A DNA stretch of 64,000 nucleotides. Source: a candidate division FCPU426 bacterium (lineage in GTDB: Bacteria > Oederibacteriota > Muellerivitia > Muellerivitales > Muellerivitaceae). The DNA is taken from positions 1 to 64,000 of the forward strand of contig CAVTWJ010000004.1 of NCBI GenBank assembly GCA_963738405.1, in the 5' to 3' direction. Within the stretch, counting starts at the first letter, position 1, and each line of letters begins with the position of its first letter. A program made the translations under genes and the position numbers. Shown piece after piece: positions 7,818-17,760 of this stretch. The notes under the pieces are model-generated. The model was not told the origin of the DNA and did no database searches. It saw only the letters and a program-made list of their open reading frames with translations.

Positions 7818-9194
7818 GTGCCCAAAATCCCGTTTAATAAATTTAAACAGTTCCTCCAAAATCCAGATCATCTACAAACCCTCGCCTTTGTGGCCTCGGC
7901 CTTCATCGCCGGTATGGTCGCGGTGGCCTACGCGGGCCTTTTTAAAATGTTGGAGGGGTTTTACCATCAAATTTCAGTCGATCACCCCTATTGGATTTGG
8001 TTCTGGACCCCCCTTTGCCTTTTGGGGGGCTGGGCCCTGGTTTATTTTTGGGCGCCGGAAGCAACCGGAAGCGGCATTCCCCAGGTGCTGGCGGCGAACG
8101 ACCTGCCCTACAAGAAAAATACCGTCTGGGTGGACCGCCTGCTTTCGATCAAGGCGGTGGCGGTTAAAATCGCCAGTTCGCTTTTGGCCTGCCTGGGCGG
8201 CGCCGTCACGGGAAGGGAAGGCCCGACCATTCAAATCAGCACTGGGATATTCCATATGGTGGGGCGGGCCACCCGCCGGTTCCTCCCCCAAGTCGATCCC
8301 CAGACCTGGATCGTCGCGGGCGCCGCCGCGGGGCTGGCCGCGGCCTTCAACACGCCCCTGGGGGGTATCGTGTTCGCCATCGAGGAAATGTCCATTTCCT
8401 TCAAGCGGTTCCGGTCCGCCCTGATTATTTCCATCATCATCGCCGGGCTGGTTTCTCAATGGATTTTGGGCACCTACCTGTACTTGGGATATCCATCGCT
8501 GGGGGACGTTTCTTTTTCAATATTACCCAAGGCCCTTTTTATAGGCATCATCACCGGCTTCGCGGGTTCCTTGTACGGGATCGGCATTAAACGTCTGCTC
8601 GATTGGCGCGCCAGATTTAAAACCACGCGGGCGCTGGCCCTCTTGGCCCTGGCCTGCGGTTTGGGATTGGCCTTCATGGCTTTTCTGAACCCCGACGCTT
8701 CCGGATCGGGCATCCATGTCATGAACGCCCTGCTCTTTAGGGGCCAAATCGCCGGGTGGGATTTGCCCCTGCTTCGCGTGGCGGGCTCGCTGGTTTTTTA
8801 CGTTTCCGGCGCGGCCGGGGGTATTTTCGCGCCCGCCTTGGCCGCTGGGGCCTGTTTAAGTTCCTGGGCCGCTTCGCAATTATCGCTGGGCTCCCCCGAG
8901 CTTCTGGTGCTGCTGGGCATGGCCGGGTTTTTGACGGGGGTGACACGCACGCCCTTTACGGCCTTCGTGCTGGTGTTGGAAATGACGGACCACCACAACG
9001 CCATCTTTCCCATTATGCTTTGCGCCATCACGGCGGAATTTTGCGCGAAACTTTTGGACCAAGAATCCTTTTATGAATGGTCCCGAATCCGCTTTATGCC
9101 GGCTTCGCCACGGATCAAAGCCCCCAAAAAGACCCGAAAGGTCTTAACCGGTTTGGATTTGGGGGATGGGACAACTTCGGCGCCCCCTGAATAG
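7818..9194 (+). CDS. ClC chloride channel/antiporter
   Basis: GSGIP, GREGP and GIFAP signatures. Confidence 0.92.
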   Translation: MPKIPFNKFKQFLQNPDHLQTLAFVASAFIAGMVAVAYAGLFKMLEGFYHQISVDHPYWIWFWTPLCLLGGWALVYFWAPEATGSGIPQVLAANDLPYKKNTVWVDRLLSIKAVAVKIASSLLACLGGAVTGREGPTIQISTGIFHMVGRATRRFLPQVDPQTWIVAGAAAGLAAAFNTPLGGIVFAIEEMSISFKRFRSALIISIIIAGLVSQWILGTYLYLGYPSLGDVSFSILPKALFIGIITGFAGSLYGIGIKRLLDWRARFKTTRALALLALACGLGLAFMAFLNPDASGSGIHVMNALLFRGQIAGWDLPLLRVAGSLVFYVSGAAGGIFAPALAAGACLSSWAASQLSLGSPELLVLLGMAGFLTGVTRTPFTAFVLVLEMTDHHNAIFPIMLCAITAEFCAKLLDQESFYEWSRIRFMPASPRIKAPKKTRKVLTGLDLGDGTTSAPPE

Positions 9195-9239
9195 ATTCCT
9201 CCTGCCGCTGGCTTGGGCTTAAAATTGAGCCATGAGCCC
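9175..9239 (+). repeat. about 65-bp imperfect direct repeat, copy 1
   Basis: CTTCGGCGCCCCCTGAATAGATTCC…GCTTAAAATTGAG(C/T)CATGAGCCC, also at 14580-14643. Confidence 0.85.
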
Positions 9240-9394
9240 ACTTTCCTCCCATTTTGACGGCAACCAAGCGCGCTAGAAGAAAATGATCAAGTTTACGTGA
9301 ACTTTACGGCCCTAAATTGGAGAAGTTTATTAGTTCACCATGAGTGATAAAGTTATGGGGTATCCGATTATCTAAATGAAGTAGGCCGGGCCCT

Positions 9395-12300
9395 ATGAAA
9401 CGTCGTTTAATCGTAGTGTTTTTTATTTCTCTGACCTTCCCCTTTTTCTTATTGGGCCTCGGGCCATTGAAGCCTGCCCCGCCGAGCGGTTCCAATCTGA
9501 AATTAAACGCCAACTACGGCCAATTGCCCTTGGCCTTTGAGCCCAACCAGGGCCAAACCGATTCCCAAGTTCAATACCTTTCCCATGGTGGCGGCTATAC
9601 CCTTTTTCTCACCTCGGGGGAGGCGGTTTTGGTTTTGCAAAAGCCACAGACCGGTCCCCATTCGAAATTTTCGATGGCGAAAGAAATGAAGAAAGGCGGA
9701 AGGGTTTCAATCCCATCCGCGCCTGTTTCCCAAACACCGCCGGTAACGTTGCGAATGAAAATGGTGGGAGCCCAATCGGGCCGCGCCTTCCAGGGGATGG
9801 AACAACTTCCCGGAATCTCAAATTACCTGATCGGCAACGACCCTTCCAAGTGGCACACCCACGTTCCGCAATACGCAAAGGTACAAGCGGAGGAAATTTA
9901 CCCCGGCGTGGACATGGTCTATTACGGCAACCAGAGACGGTTGGAATACGACTTCGTGGTGAAACCTGGGGCGGACCCCAAATCCATCCATTTAAAGTAC
10001 GAGGGGGCCAAGGGCTCTGCGGTAAACGCGCAAGGGGACCTGGAACTTCAAGTCGATGGGGGCAAGGTGGCCTTTAAATCGCCCAAGGTCTATCAGGAAA
10101 GGGAAGGGCAGAGGACCGAAGTGAATGGGCATTACCGGATGGAACGAGACGGCGGGGTAGGTTTTGAGGTGAAGGATTACGATAAGACGAAGCCCCTGGT
10201 GATTGATCCCGTGTTGGACTATTCAACCTATTTGGGGGGGGATAATACGGATGGTGGCTTTGGCATCGCGGTGGACGGTAGCGGGGACGCCTATGTGACA
10301 GGTTACAGCGCATCCACGAATTTTCCGACGACCTCTGAGGCATTTCAAACGGCCTCGGAAGGCAGTGGTCAATCCGTTTTCGTCACCGAGCTAAACCCAA
10401 CCGGCACCGCCCTGGTTTATTCCACCTATTTGGGTGGGTCCAACTGTCCCTTTAATTCGTACAACTTCATTTCGAACGCTGGCTATAGCATCGGGGTGGA
10501 TGGAAGCGGGGACGCCTATGTGACGGGTTATACCTGTACCACTGATTTTCCTACAACTCCCGGGTCCTTTCAAACGGCTCCTGAGGGCGAATTCCAATTT
10601 GGCTTCGTGACGGAATTAAACCCCACCGGTACAGGTTTCGTTTATTCCACTTATTTAGGAAGCGATAGTAATAGCGAATGCTATGCCATCGCCGTGGATG
10701 GAAGCGGGGACGCCTATGTGACGGGATGGGCTTCCGGGACTTTCCCGACAACCTCCGGGGCCTTTATAACCTCCGGAAATGGGGCCTTTGTAACAAAGTT
10801 GAATGCTTCCGGAACGGGCCTGGTTTATTCCACTTTTTTGGGAGGCATTAGTAACGAAGGCAATGGAATCGCGGTGGACGGGAACGGTGACGCCTATGTG
10901 ACCGGTTGCACCGACGCAAATTTCCCGACGACCTCAGGAGCCTTTCAAACCAGCGATCCCGACACTAGTAAATTACATGCCTTTGTGACCGAGCTGAACC
11001 CAACCGGGTCGGCGCAGGTCTATTCCACCTATTTGGGAGGAACCGGTTATATCGAAAATACTGATATGGGCCCAGGAGACTTTGGCTTGGGCATCGCAGT
11101 AGACGGAAGCGGTGACGCCTATGTAACGGGTTACACCTTCGCCAACCATTTCCCCACGACTTCGGGTGCTTTTCAAATGAGCGACCCAGGAACGAGTGAT
11201 TCTCACGCCTTTGTGACCGAGTTGAACCCTACCGGGACGGCGCCGGTTTATTCCACCTATTTGGGAGGGAGCAACTACACGTATACCTCTTCCTGGGAAG
11301 ACGAAGCTTTCGGCATCGCGGTGGACGGGAACGGCGATGCCTATGTGACGGGCTTAACTTTGGCCACCAACTTTCCCACCACTGCGGGGGCTTTCCAAAT
11401 CAGCGATCCTAGTATTAACCAAGCCGCCTTTGTGACCGAGTTAAACTCAACCGGCTCGGCCCTTGCCTATTCTACTTTTTTGAGGGGCTACAATCCCGAC
11501 TGGGGCCAAAGCATCGCGTTGGATGGGAGCGGAAGTGTTTATGTGACGGGTTTAACCTATGGCATCAATTTCCCCACGACCTCGGGGGCCTTTCAAGCCA
11601 GCGCACCTGTTAGTGCTGGTGGGGACGCCTTTATCACCAAATTCGACGCTTCGGTTTTTTTAACTTCCACGCCGACCCTTACACCTACTAATACTATTAC
11701 CAACACATGTACACCCACTCTTTCCCCGTCCCCTTGTGTGGCCTGGGCCCGAAATGACGGAACGTTTTCCTCGGAATTTGCAGCTGGAGTTGCGATAGAC
11801 GGAAATGGGAATGTTTTCACGGCAGGTAGTTTCTTTACACCTGTTGATGGAATCCTCACTACTGAATATTCCAACTCTGGTTCATTTATCCGGGCCGTCA
11901 CATTTTGCGATGGGGCTGACGACATCGGTACAGCGATTACAACCGATTCTCTTGGAAATTTTTATGTTGGTGGCGCTTCGTACTCAAATGCGATTTTGGT
12001 GAAATACAATAGTATGGGTATTCACCAAAAGACGATTATGGTGGGTGGGGGGCAGGTGGCGGGAATTGCGGTGGACGGAGCTGGAAATTTATTTGTGACG
12101 GATGCCTATAACGGTTTTTTCACCATCAAATTTGACTCTTCGGGAAATTTAAAATGGATAAATACATACAACAGCGATCATTCCGACCAAAGCAATGGAA
12201 TAGCGCTGGACAGCGGTGGCAATGTATATGTTACGGGTTTTTCTGGAAGCGTGAGCCAAACTTGGCTTCGAACTTTCAAATTTGACACCAACGGGAATCC

Positions 12301-13480
12301 GCTTTGGGGAACGGGGGGTGTCACTTATTCCGTAGGTCCTTCGGCAATCGTCAATGGAATTGGAGTGGATGGATTTGGCAACGCTTATGTGTGTACTACT
12401 TCCCAGAGCGTCGGGGTTACCTTTGACTACAAAATTATAAAATATGACAGTTTGGGGAATCGGCAATGGGTTTCGGATTATCCGATGGGTATTTCCCCCC
12501 CGCCTGCCAGTATCGCCGTGGATTCGGCTGGAAACTCCTACCTTTCTGGTGGCACCAGCCCTTCAAGTTCAGGTGTTTATATCACCATGAAATACGATAC
12601 CAATGGTGTTTTGAAATGGGTCGTCAAGGATAACGGGGGAACCTTTTCCGACAGTGTTGCGGTGGATGGGAACGGTTACGTATATGCGGTCGGCTCCGCC
12701 GCAGCCACGGCCACTTCGAATTTTCGAACCGTCAAATACGATCCTTCTTGCGCCCCTGCGGCTTCCCCTACGAACACGACGACTTTGACGGCGACCAGCA
12801 CTTTTATCCCCACCAATAGCCCAACGGCTACGACCACGCCCGATCCTTCTGACACGCCTTCGTGTACTCCCACGGCTACATTAAGCAATACCCCAACGGT
12901 AACAGTAACCGAAACATCAAGTGACACTGCAACGCCCGACCCTTCGGATACTCCTACCTCTACGAACACACAAACAAACACATCTACAGATACCCAGACC
13001 GTCACGCCAACTGAAACACCTACCAGCACGCTCTCAGATACTCCCACAGACACTCCAACTAACAGCCCAACGGCAACACTCACCGTGACTCCGACCGCAA
13101 CCTTCACTGTCACTCAAACCGCGACACCTTCAACTACACCAACGGCTACCCTTACCAACACCCCTGTGGATACATCAACCCTAACGCCGAGCCCCACCGC
13201 CACCTTTCTTTTGTCGCCCCATGGGAAGTTGACCTTGGCGCCCAATATTGTTTCGGGTATGAAGCCCATCTGCCTTTACTTGGATAAACCCGCGTCGGAA
13301 AGCCAATGGACCATCTACGATTTGGCGGGAGAGCGGGTGGCCCATCTGGAATTTGGTAAAGAACAAGCCTGTTGGAACCACCCGAATCTCGCCTCGGGGC
13401 TTTACCTGATCCGCGTGCAGGTTGGGTATGAGGATGGCACAACCGGCGACAGGATTTTTAAGGTCGTATTCATTAGGTAA
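9395..13480 (+). CDS. secreted SBBP beta-propeller repeat protein with Thr/Pro-rich linkers and C-terminal sorting-like domain
   Basis: Signal-like N-terminus, PLAFEPNQGQ domain, repeated IAVDGSGDAYVTG/YSTYLGG, TPT tracts, C-terminal IYDLAG…LASGLYLIRV. Confidence 0.9.
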   Translation: MKRRLIVVFFISLTFPFFLLGLGPLKPAPPSGSNLKLNANYGQLPLAFEPNQGQTDSQVQYLSHGGGYTLFLTSGEAVLVLQKPQTGPHSKFSMAKEMKKGGRVSIPSAPVSQTPPVTLRMKMVGAQSGRAFQGMEQLPGISNYLIGNDPSKWHTHVPQYAKVQAEEIYPGVDMVYYGNQRRLEYDFVVKPGADPKSIHLKYEGAKGSAVNAQGDLELQVDGGKVAFKSPKVYQEREGQRTEVNGHYRMERDGGVGFEVKDYDKTKPLVIDPVLDYSTYLGGDNTDGGFGIAVDGSGDAYVTGYSASTNFPTTSEAFQTASEGSGQSVFVTELNPTGTALVYSTYLGGSNCPFNSYNFISNAGYSIGVDGSGDAYVTGYTCTTDFPTTPGSFQTAPEGEFQFGFVTELNPTGTGFVYSTYLGSDSNSECYAIAVDGSGDAYVTGWASGTFPTTSGAFITSGNGAFVTKLNASGTGLVYSTFLGGISNEGNGIAVDGNGDAYVTGCTDANFPTTSGAFQTSDPDTSKLHAFVTELNPTGSAQVYSTYLGGTGYIENTDMGPGDFGLGIAVDGSGDAYVTGYTFANHFPTTSGAFQMSDPGTSDSHAFVTELNPTGTAPVYSTYLGGSNYTYTSSWEDEAFGIAVDGNGDAYVTGLTLATNFPTTAGAFQISDPSINQAAFVTELNSTGSALAYSTFLRGYNPDWGQSIALDGSGSVYVTGLTYGINFPTTSGAFQASAPVSAGGDAFITKFDASVFLTSTPTLTPTNTITNTCTPTLSPSPCVAWARNDGTFSSEFAAGVAIDGNGNVFTAGSFFTPVDGILTTEYSNSGSFIRAVTFCDGADDIGTAITTDSLGNFYVGGASYSNAILVKYNSMGIHQKTIMVGGGQVAGIAVDGAGNLFVTDAYNGFFTIKFDSSGNLKWINTYNSDHSDQSNGIALDSGGNVYVTGFSGSVSQTWLRTFKFDTNGNPLWGTGGVTYSVGPSAIVNGIGVDGFGNAYVCTTSQSVGVTFDYKIIKYDSLGNRQWVSDYPMGISPPPASIAVDSAGNSYLSGGTSPSSSGVYITMKYDTNGVLKWVVKDNGGTFSDSVAVDGNGYVYAVGSAAATATSNFRTVKYDPSCAPAASPTNTTTLTATSTFIPTNSPTATTTPDPSDTPSCTPTATLSNTPTVTVTETSSDTATPDPSDTPTSTNTQTNTSTDTQTVTPTETPTSTLSDTPTDTPTNSPTATLTVTPTATFTVTQTATPSTTPTATLTNTPVDTSTLTPSPTATFLLSPHGKLTLAPNIVSGMKPICLYLDKPASESQWTIYDLAGERVAHLEFGKEQACWNHPNLASGLYLIRVQVGYEDGTTGDRIFKVVFIR

Positions 13481-13586
13481 TAAGTACTGGCTTGTGGGCT
13501 GATTGCAAGAATTAGTAAGATCCCATCGAATAATCTGGAATTGTTTGTTCGCATATCGCACAGAATGAGAAGGTCAAAATTTATTT

Positions 13587-14135
13587 ATGCCGATAAAATT
13601 CAGAATCCATTCAAAAATTGATCTCGCGAAATGCAGAAAAATATTTAAAGAACACGAAAAAATGGACGTCCCTGTTGTTATTACATTGAAACAGAAGGTG
13701 TTCGGCCCCCTTCCCGCAACCTATGGTCTTCGATGGACAGGTGAAAAAGATTTCGTATTAAGTCGATGGGCTTTTACCAACCGCCGTTATAGCCCCTCGA
13801 GTTATGAACAAAAAATTGAATTGTTGGGGAAAATCGAAGGAACCTCAGATGAGCCCCAGTTTGTCATTCAGACTAAAAATGGGGAATGGAAGAAGATGGG
13901 ATGTTTTGTTATTTTTGTTTTCGTAGGTGTTTCGGCCTTCGTTGGCTTTATGGGTTTATTTGCCATTAATAAAACAGGTCTTAGGTCATGGATGTTTGCC
14001 GAAATATTGCCCCTCCTTTTAAGTTTGGTATTCATCCTTAGCTTTTTTATGAATATGTTCCTTTGTTTGAGGTTTTTTAAGCGTTTGGTGAATCCCAAAG
14101 ACCAGCAACTTTCTGGTGTCATTTCGTCTAAATAA
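13587..14135 (+). CDS. hypothetical membrane protein
   Basis: AT-rich ORF with two C-terminal hydrophobic segments. Confidence 0.65.
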   Translation: MPIKFRIHSKIDLAKCRKIFKEHEKMDVPVVITLKQKVFGPLPATYGLRWTGEKDFVLSRWAFTNRRYSPSSYEQKIELLGKIEGTSDEPQFVIQTKNGEWKKMGCFVIFVFVGVSAFVGFMGLFAINKTGLRSWMFAEILPLLLSLVFILSFFMNMFLCLRFFKRLVNPKDQQLSGVISSK

Positions 14136-14196
14136 ATTTTCTGGATGGTAGGATGGATTCGTAAATAGGTAATGGGTAAATAAACCGTTGGAGGAA

Positions 14197-14541
14197 ATGA
14201 TGGCACCGAAAAATGGAAAGAAGAAAGTTTTAAGCCGGGCCGCCAAAACCCTGGAACACATCAAAAAACACCACCCCCATCGGTACCGGGCCATTAAAAA
14301 TCCCACGCCCCGGGCCAGGCTGGGCGCCAACGTGACGGACTTACGGCTTAAGAAGGGCTTAAGCCACGAACAGCTTGCCGCCCGGTCGAAAATCGGGGCC
14401 CACGTCCTTCGAAAAATCGAGGAAGCCCACCCCTCCTCCAACCCCTCGATGCAGGTTTTGGAACGCATGTCCAAGGCTTTGGGGGTGGATATCCAAGACC
14501 TTTTTCGTTTTATCACCTTGTCCGAAACCGTAATCCGCTAA
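14197..14541 (+). CDS. XRE-family HTH regulator
   Basis: LRLKKGLSHEQLAARSKI…KIE…NPSMQVLERMSKALGV. Confidence 0.8.
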   Translation: MMAPKNGKKKVLSRAAKTLEHIKKHHPHRYRAIKNPTPRARLGANVTDLRLKKGLSHEQLAARSKIGAHVLRKIEEAHPSSNPSMQVLERMSKALGVDIQDLFRFITLSETVIR

Positions 14542-14579
14542 TCCGCAAGAGCCGGGGGCCGATTCCTTTTTTACCGGTG

Positions 14580-14643
14580 CTTCGGCGCCCCCTGAATAGA
14601 TTCCCCTCGTTGAGAGCTTGGCTTAAAATTGAGTCATGAGCCC
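14580..14643 (+). repeat. about 65-bp imperfect direct repeat, copy 2
   Basis: Matches 9175-9239; includes the methyltransferase start codons. Confidence 0.85.
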
Positions 14644-15385
14644 TAAACGTTCCTTGGACTACTGGATTAGCGAATGGGACCGGATGCAGGAATACTACAT
14701 TCCTGACCGCAGGGCGAGGTTCCAGACCCTCCTGTCCATCGTCCGATCCAGAAACCCAAAACCCAGGGCCATCCTTGATCTGGGGTGCGGCACCGGAACC
14801 ATCATGTTCGAATGCTTGTCGGCTTTTCCCTCCGCGAGGGTGGTCGGCGTGGACTATGACCCGACCCTTCTTTCCTTGGCCCGGGAAAGACTGGGCGGTT
14901 ATTCGGCCCGAATGCAATTAATCCAGGTGGATGCGCGCCAAAAAGGCTGGATCGGGGGACTGGCGGGTGATTTTGACGCGGTGCTATCGGCCACGGCCCT
15001 CCATTGGCTCAGCGCGGGGGAACTTTCCCAACTTTATCAGCAGGTTTTTTCCCTGCTCCAGTCCGGCGGCATCTTCTTGAACGCGGACCATGCCGCCAGC
15101 CCCGACGCGGGGGTTCAGAAATACTGGAAGGATCAAATGCAAACCCTTAAGTCCCGCCCTGAGGAGGGGAAGGAACCCTGGGCCTCCTTTTGGAAAGAAT
15201 ATTTGGGGGAACTAGGCGGGGAAGCCCAAAAGCGTTGGGAGAAACTCCAGGCCTCGCGCCAGGGAGTGGAAGGCGGCATGCCGTTGGATTGGCATTTCGA
15301 CCGGTTAAAGGAAGCGGGTTTCCGGGAGGTCGAATGTTTTTACCGTTTCTACGCTGACGCCATTTATGGGGGTATCAAGGCATAA
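14636..15385 (+). CDS. class I SAM-dependent methyltransferase
   Basis: ILDLGCGTG, VVGVD, FDAVLSATALHW, GGIFLNAD. Confidence 0.9.
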   Translation: MSPKRSLDYWISEWDRMQEYYIPDRRARFQTLLSIVRSRNPKPRAILDLGCGTGTIMFECLSAFPSARVVGVDYDPTLLSLARERLGGYSARMQLIQVDARQKGWIGGLAGDFDAVLSATALHWLSAGELSQLYQQVFSLLQSGGIFLNADHAASPDAGVQKYWKDQMQTLKSRPEEGKEPWASFWKEYLGELGGEAQKRWEKLQASRQGVEGGMPLDWHFDRLKEAGFREVECFYRFYADAIYGGIKA

Positions 15386-15410
15386 ATCAGGCGGCGCGGC
15401 GTTGTAAACC

Positions 15411-15427
15411 TGTCCACGACGGGGGCC
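15411..15427 (+). repeat. half 28-bp site (left arm plus spacer)
   Basis: TGTCCACGACG GGGGCC; right arm absent. Confidence 0.7.
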
Positions 15428-15432
15428 CGGGC

Positions 15433-15870
15433 CTATTTGACTTTCATGCTTTCCAACAGGTCGTCATAGCCCTTTTTCAGGTTTTTCATCCCCTGGTCAA
15501 TCTCCGCCTTCAGCCGGTCCAAATCCTTTTCGGTGCTTTTTTTAACGGCCTTTAGTTGGGCATCCAAAACCTTTTCCTGGTGGTGCAAGCCGTGGATCTT
15601 AAGCCGAATGTCTTTATGGACGTCCTTTCCCAGATGGGCCGTGTTCTTGGAGAGCTTTTTTTCTTGAAGGCTGATTTGGGCCTTCAGGCCGTCCAAGTCC
15701 CTGCGGATTCTTTTTTCGTAATCCGCTTTCTTTTCCGCGACCAATTTCCCGGAGTCATTCATGGTTTTTTGGGCGTCCTGGGTTACGGTTTGGACCGCTT
15801 CTTCCGCTAAGACCGGGCCGCACCCCATCAATGCAAAACAACAAATAGCCAGAACCGTGAAAGTTTTCAT
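15433..15870 (-). CDS. exported coiled-coil protein
   Basis: Signal peptide followed by charged helical heptads; GGAGG RBS. Confidence 0.75.
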   Translation of the reverse strand: MKTFTVLAICCFALMGCGPVLAEEAVQTVTQDAQKTMNDSGKLVAEKKADYEKRIRRDLDGLKAQISLQEKKLSKNTAHLGKDVHKDIRLKIHGLHHQEKVLDAQLKAVKKSTEKDLDRLKAEIDQGMKNLKKGYDDLLESMKVK

Positions 15871-15911
15871 GAAACCCTCCTTAACTGGCGAAGGTTGAGG
15901 CTCTCCACAAT

Positions 15912-16538
15912 CTAGGATGCTTCCTTGGCCTTAACTTTAGCCTTCCCCATCATTGCCTTTTCCCTGACCGTGACCAAAAACGAGATCGACTTGAAACGGG
16001 GCTTCTCATTCAGCTTGGTGTCGGCGATGCTGAATTCCAACACTCTTATTTCCACGTCAAAGCCGGGGTAATGGATGATCCTCAGGGCGCTTCGGTCCGT
16101 GGGAATCCCGGGGCCGGGCCTGAGGGGCCGGGGGGAGAAATTATCGTCGGTCCTAAAGTCGGCGGCGGAAACTTCCCGAAGGGTGGGGACATCCTTGGTT
16201 TCCACAGGCGTCAGCAGGTCTTGGTCCGCCTCGTCTTTGGAAAAGGAAAACATATAGCCCTCAATGCCCTTTTCCCCCGACTCGGTGGTGACTTGTAAAA
16301 ACAAATCGTCCCAAACCTTGCTGTAAAACCGGGTCTCATCCCCCGCGGGGAGGGCGGGCAGGCCGTCGGCCTTATCCTCGGTGAGCACCAAATAGGTGGA
16401 AGCCACCCGGAGGGGGTCGTGGGGCCCGTTGTGGTCGAACTTTTCAATGATCCGGTTGTCGTCGTCGGCCCGGCAAACGCCCGTCAGCCCGGCGGACAGG
16501 ATCAAAACCATCACCCAACCCACGGTTATCTTTTTCAT
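15912..16538 (-). CDS. exported hypothetical protein
   Basis: MKKITVGWVMVLIL signal peptide; GGAGG RBS. Confidence 0.7.
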   Translation of the reverse strand: MKKITVGWVMVLILSAGLTGVCRADDDNRIIEKFDHNGPHDPLRVASTYLVLTEDKADGLPALPAGDETRFYSKVWDDLFLQVTTESGEKGIEGYMFSFSKDEADQDLLTPVETKDVPTLREVSAADFRTDDNFSPRPLRPGPGIPTDRSALRIIHYPGFDVEIRVLEFSIADTKLNEKPRFKSISFLVTVREKAMMGKAKVKAKEAS

Positions 16539-16614
16539 ACGCCCCTCCTTTTTCTTTTCCCGCCCCAACTTTTCCCAACAAAACCGAAACATCCTTTTTT
16601 CGGGAGGGCCCGAA

Positions 16615-16881
16615 CTACCTTCCGCGTGCCCTCGAAAATACGATAGCCCTCAGGACGATCAGGAAAAGAACCGCCCCGATGATGGACATGGCCAAGGCGC
16701 TGAAAAACCCGTTAATCCGGATATCCAGCTCATCGGCCAGGAAACCGCCGATAAAAGCGCCCAAGATTCCGACCGCCATATCCCGAACAATCCCCATACC
16801 CCGGCCCTGGACCAGGACGCTGGACAGCCAGCCGGTAATGAGCCCGACGATCAGGTACCAAAGAAGGTCATGTCCGCTCAT
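16615..16881 (-). CDS. GlsB/YeaQ/YmgE family membrane protein
   Basis: LIVGLITGWL…GIVRDMAVGILGAFIGG…IIGAVLFL. Confidence 0.85.
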   Translation of the reverse strand: MSGHDLLWYLIVGLITGWLSSVLVQGRGMGIVRDMAVGILGAFIGGFLADELDIRINGFFSALAMSIIGAVLFLIVLRAIVFSRARGR

Positions 16882-16895
16882 AGCATCCTCCTCAT

Positions 16896-17402
16896 TTAAA
16901 GGTAAAGGTGAGCGCCAAATTCCGGATAAACACGCAAAGAGGTGCCACCGCTGTAAAACCAAAGGGTGGGAACCACTTGAAGGTACAGGTCTAAGGGAAG
17001 ACTTTTTTTCTCGAAAATATAGGAGAGCCCGATCGGGAGCCTGCCCGCCAGGGCCGCGGGGGTGTTCAGGTCGAGATTGCCGCCCACGCCGATGTAAAAG
17101 GGCATCTCGCCGTCGGATCGTCGCACGTGGATGAGGTCAAAATCGTGCCATAAATAATCCAATTGCAGCAGGGCCGCGTCGCCGGGCAGTTTCACCGCGC
17201 CCTGAAAAGCGTTTTTGCGGTCGATCCAGTATTTGCCCGTGATGCCCCAGGAACCGGGATCGCCGAGTTCCAAACCCAAACCAAAGTTTCCCCCGTCGCG
17301 CGTGGGAGAATAGCCCTCTCCCCCCCACAGCAAAGCGGGCGCTAAAACCAAACCAACCATCATCAAGCCAATCTTCAGACGCCTATCGGTAAGGAACAGC
17401 AT
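16896..17402 (-). CDS. small outer-membrane beta-barrel-like protein
   Basis: Signal peptide, FGLGLELGDP, FYIGVGG, aromatic C-terminus. Confidence 0.7.
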   Translation of the reverse strand: MLFLTDRRLKIGLMMVGLVLAPALLWGGEGYSPTRDGGNFGLGLELGDPGSWGITGKYWIDRKNAFQGAVKLPGDAALLQLDYLWHDFDLIHVRRSDGEMPFYIGVGGNLDLNTPAALAGRLPIGLSYIFEKKSLPLDLYLQVVPTLWFYSGGTSLRVYPEFGAHLYL

Positions 17403-17760
17403 AGAAGCCTCCTTTTGGCCAAATCGGTTGTGAAGTTTTCTCCTTTGTTCCGGCGCTGGTTTACCGCCACATTCATTCTTTCGCTTAAAAAGTTCGAGTT
17501 AAAGCGAGGGTGTAAAAAATAATGTTCGGACGTTTACCTTTTTTTGGAACCGCTCAAATGATGCCCATGGACTTGGAAAATGATGAATTAACTAAAAAAT
17601 TTTTCAGAGCCCTTGAATTAGAAGTGGCACTTGGTTCAGCCCTTTTGCCAGGAAAAAGGCTGGTTTTGGCCGGGATTAGGGCGAAAGGGCTGCCGCCCCT
17701 GTTTGGTCCTATAATTGTTCCAGCGCTTTGTGATTTTATTTTCGGGAGAGAGGTAAAGCG

